Source: a candidate division TM6 bacterium GW2011_GWF2_32_72
Lineage (GTDB): Bacteria > Babelota > Babeliae > Babelales > CAIQNR01
Length of the DNA: 64,000 nucleotides
Reading direction: 5' to 3'
Assembly (NCBI GenBank): GCA_945882015.1
Contig: CAMCVM010000002.1
Span: forward strand, 51,116-115,115
Position 1 is the first letter of the stretch, and each line of letters opens with the position of its first letter. Below are positions 62,591-64,000 of the stretch, piece after piece. The notes beneath the pieces were generated by a model. It was not told the origin of the DNA and did not search any database. It was given only the letters and a program-made list of their open reading frames with translations. Position numbers and translations under genes: made by a program.

Positions 62591-63214
62591 TTATTTAATT
62601 TTGTAAATCATAAAACTTAAAAGTGCTGCAAAGAAGCACCAGACTGAAGTAAACCAGGCAGTATAAAAATATGCCGAAAGTATTGCTGATGCTAAAAGCA
62701 AGAGTCCAAATTCTTGCATTAACTTTTTGCGAACAACAAAAAACGGCGAAAGTGTTGCAAGTAAATACCACGCAAGGCCTACGTATCCTAGCTGTGTTGG
62801 GATAGCGATTATATATTCGATATGATTACATGAAATAGACGCTTGTACTCCAACAGAATAGCAGAGCCAAGCAAGGCTTGTTGAAACAACCATTCCTGCA
62901 CCTAAGATACTTGCCAAACAACGCTTTTTCCCTTGATTGGTTTCGAGTTGCAAAAGGGAATAGGGAACCCACACTGGCCAAACAATAAAAGCAAAAAATA
63001 AAAATGCATACTTAAAAAAAGTACTATACATTTCATATTCAGGATGAGTTTGTGATATCCATACAAAGCCTTCGCACAGTTGTTGAATCCCAAACATTAA
63101 AGGGATAGCTCTGAAAAACTGTTCTTTTCTGTATAAAAAAGGCTTTAAAAGATTAATACCAAATAACGTTAGACCTGTCCCAGCTATAAAACTTGCTTGA
63201 GCAGAAAAACACAT
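62591..63214 (-). CDS. hypothetical integral membrane protein (207 aa)
   Basis: ORF with about 6 hydrophobic helices. No motif recognised. Confidence 0.45.
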   Translation of the reverse strand: MCFSAQASFIAGTGLTLFGINLLKPFLYRKEQFFRAIPLMFGIQQLCEGFVWISQTHPEYEMYSTFFKYAFLFFAFIVWPVWVPYSLLQLETNQGKKRCLASILGAGMVVSTSLAWLCYSVGVQASISCNHIEYIIAIPTQLGYVGLAWYLLATLSPFFVVRKKLMQEFGLLLLASAILSAYFYTAWFTSVWCFFAALLSFMIYKIK

Positions 63215-63236
63215 AGCAACTCCTTTTTAAGTTTAT

Positions 63237-64000
63237 CTATTTTGTTGCAGCGTTCTGCTCAGTAGTAATTGTAGTCTGGTGTTTTTGATCGTGAACAGTT
63301 GATGCTGTAACGGTTCCTTTTCTTTGTAACCCAAAAGTAATGATTAAATCAATAAAATCCATTGGCTTGATTCCAATTTCTGCTGCTTGATGGAATAGGC
63401 AGGTTGCAGGAGTTAAAGCAGGAACGGTATTAATTTCAAGAATAACCACTCGTTCTTTTTTTGTAGGGCTTGTTTGTTCATTCTGATAAAAACAGTCAAT
63501 TCTTGAATATCCAGAACATCCAACAGTTTTAAAAACTTCAGCAACCGTTTTTTGTACTAATTGGGTTGCCTCTTGAGAAAGTGGGGCAGGGGTTTGATTT
63601 TCACCTGCTCCCGGCAAAAACTTTTCTTCTAAAGACAAAATATCACCTTGAGTTACTGCTTGGCTAGGTGGCAAAGCTTGAGGTGTTTCATTGCCAATCA
63701 CACCCACGGTTAATTCCATGCCAGTAATACATTCTTCAATTAAAGCATCGCCATGTGTTGTGGCAAAAATAGATTCAATAGCAGATTTTATAGTATTACT
63801 GTCTTTTATTTTAGATACCCCGACGCTGCAACCATCGTTATGGGGTTTAATAATAAAAGGGAATTTGAATTTTTGTGTTATAAGCTCTAAACATTTTTTT
63901 TTGTCTTCGTGCCATGCTTGTTTGGTAATTAAGAAGTTTTCAGGAACATCAAACCCGTGCTGTTTTAAAAGGTTATTTGTTTTATATTTGTTCATACATA
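63237..64000 (-). CDS. ddl: D-alanine--D-alanine ligase family (ATP-grasp), C-terminal part; the gene continues beyond the window
   Basis: ATP-grasp landmarks FPFIIKPHNDGCSVGVSKI, IEECITGMELTVGVIGNE, YSRIDCFY and ILEINTVPALTPATCLFHQAAEIG. The frame stays open past the ATG at 63993-63995 to the window edge, and a complete Ddl needs about 100 more N-terminal residues. Confidence 0.8.
   Translation of the reverse strand, partial: CMNKYKTNNLLKQHGFDVPENFLITKQAWHEDKKKCLELITQKFKFPFIIKPHNDGCSVGVSKIKDSNTIKSAIESIFATTHGDALIEECITGMELTVGVIGNETPQALPPSQAVTQGDILSLEEKFLPGAGENQTPAPLSQEATQLVQKTVAEVFKTVGCSGYSRIDCFYQNEQTSPTKKERVVILEINTVPALTPATCLFHQAAEIGIKPMDFIDLIITFGLQRKGTVTASTVHDQKHQTTITTEQNAATK

Noticed and set aside
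1-64000. Alternative genetic code as an explanation for the in-frame TAA at 24347
   Set aside because: All conserved genes in the window (clpB, infB, aspS, eno, gatB and others) are full length with standard stops and no internal TAA, TAG or TGA. A local mutation, an error or readthrough is more parsimonious.
1-64000. Mobile elements, prophage, CRISPR-Cas, toxin-antitoxin or known defence islands
   Set aside because: I saw no transposase, integrase, recombinase, phage structural, cas or recognisable defence-domain ORFs. I saw no inverted terminal repeats, and the single tRNA gene has no flanking integration signature.

Overview
Densely coding, AT-rich bacterial chromosome segment (about one-third G+C by eye). 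It reads cleanly under the standard code, since every conserved gene is full length. Housekeeping genes recognised by motif: uvrC, clpB, tpiA, secG, mlaE, mlaF, dcd, a MoxR-type AAA+ ATPase, eno, aspS, nfo, infB, nusA, an M16 peptidase, a mutY-like glycosylase, gatB, rng, pal, mnmE, a jag-like gene, tRNA-Gly(GCC), ruvA, a Na+/alanine symporter and a partial ddl. Diderm envelope markers are present: Pal, Mla, secretins and a beta-barrel OMP ending in Phe. No rRNA, CRISPR array, transposase, integrase or recognisable defence system was seen. Accessory content includes:
- an operon of very large secreted proteins at the left edge;
- four signal-peptide-bearing WD40/beta-propeller proteins, two of them tandem paralogues with about 93% DNA identity in their 3' halves;
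- a 1009-aa charged repeat protein cut off from its signal peptide by one in-frame TAA;
- two tandem clostripain-like (C11) peptidases.
The best candidate for an undescribed system is a translationally coupled gspC-like / secretin / pilM-N (gspL-like) / pilO (gspM-like) / second secretin operon (26.3-34.4 kb) with no ATPase, platform or pseudopilin genes. Two other notable items are an oriC-like locus with two inverted arrays of four 11-bp-phased perfect DnaA boxes (44.27-44.62 kb, no dnaA nearby) and a 117-nt island of about 60% GC upstream of the symporter. Several housekeeping proteins look domain-trimmed: UvrC lacks HhH2, ClpB lacks its N-domain, MutY-like lacks the Fe-S Cys motif, Jag lacks KH/R3H, and ComEC is short. 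Together with the secreted WD40 proteins, this fits a host-associated, reduced lineage such as Dependentiae/TM6; that is inference only.
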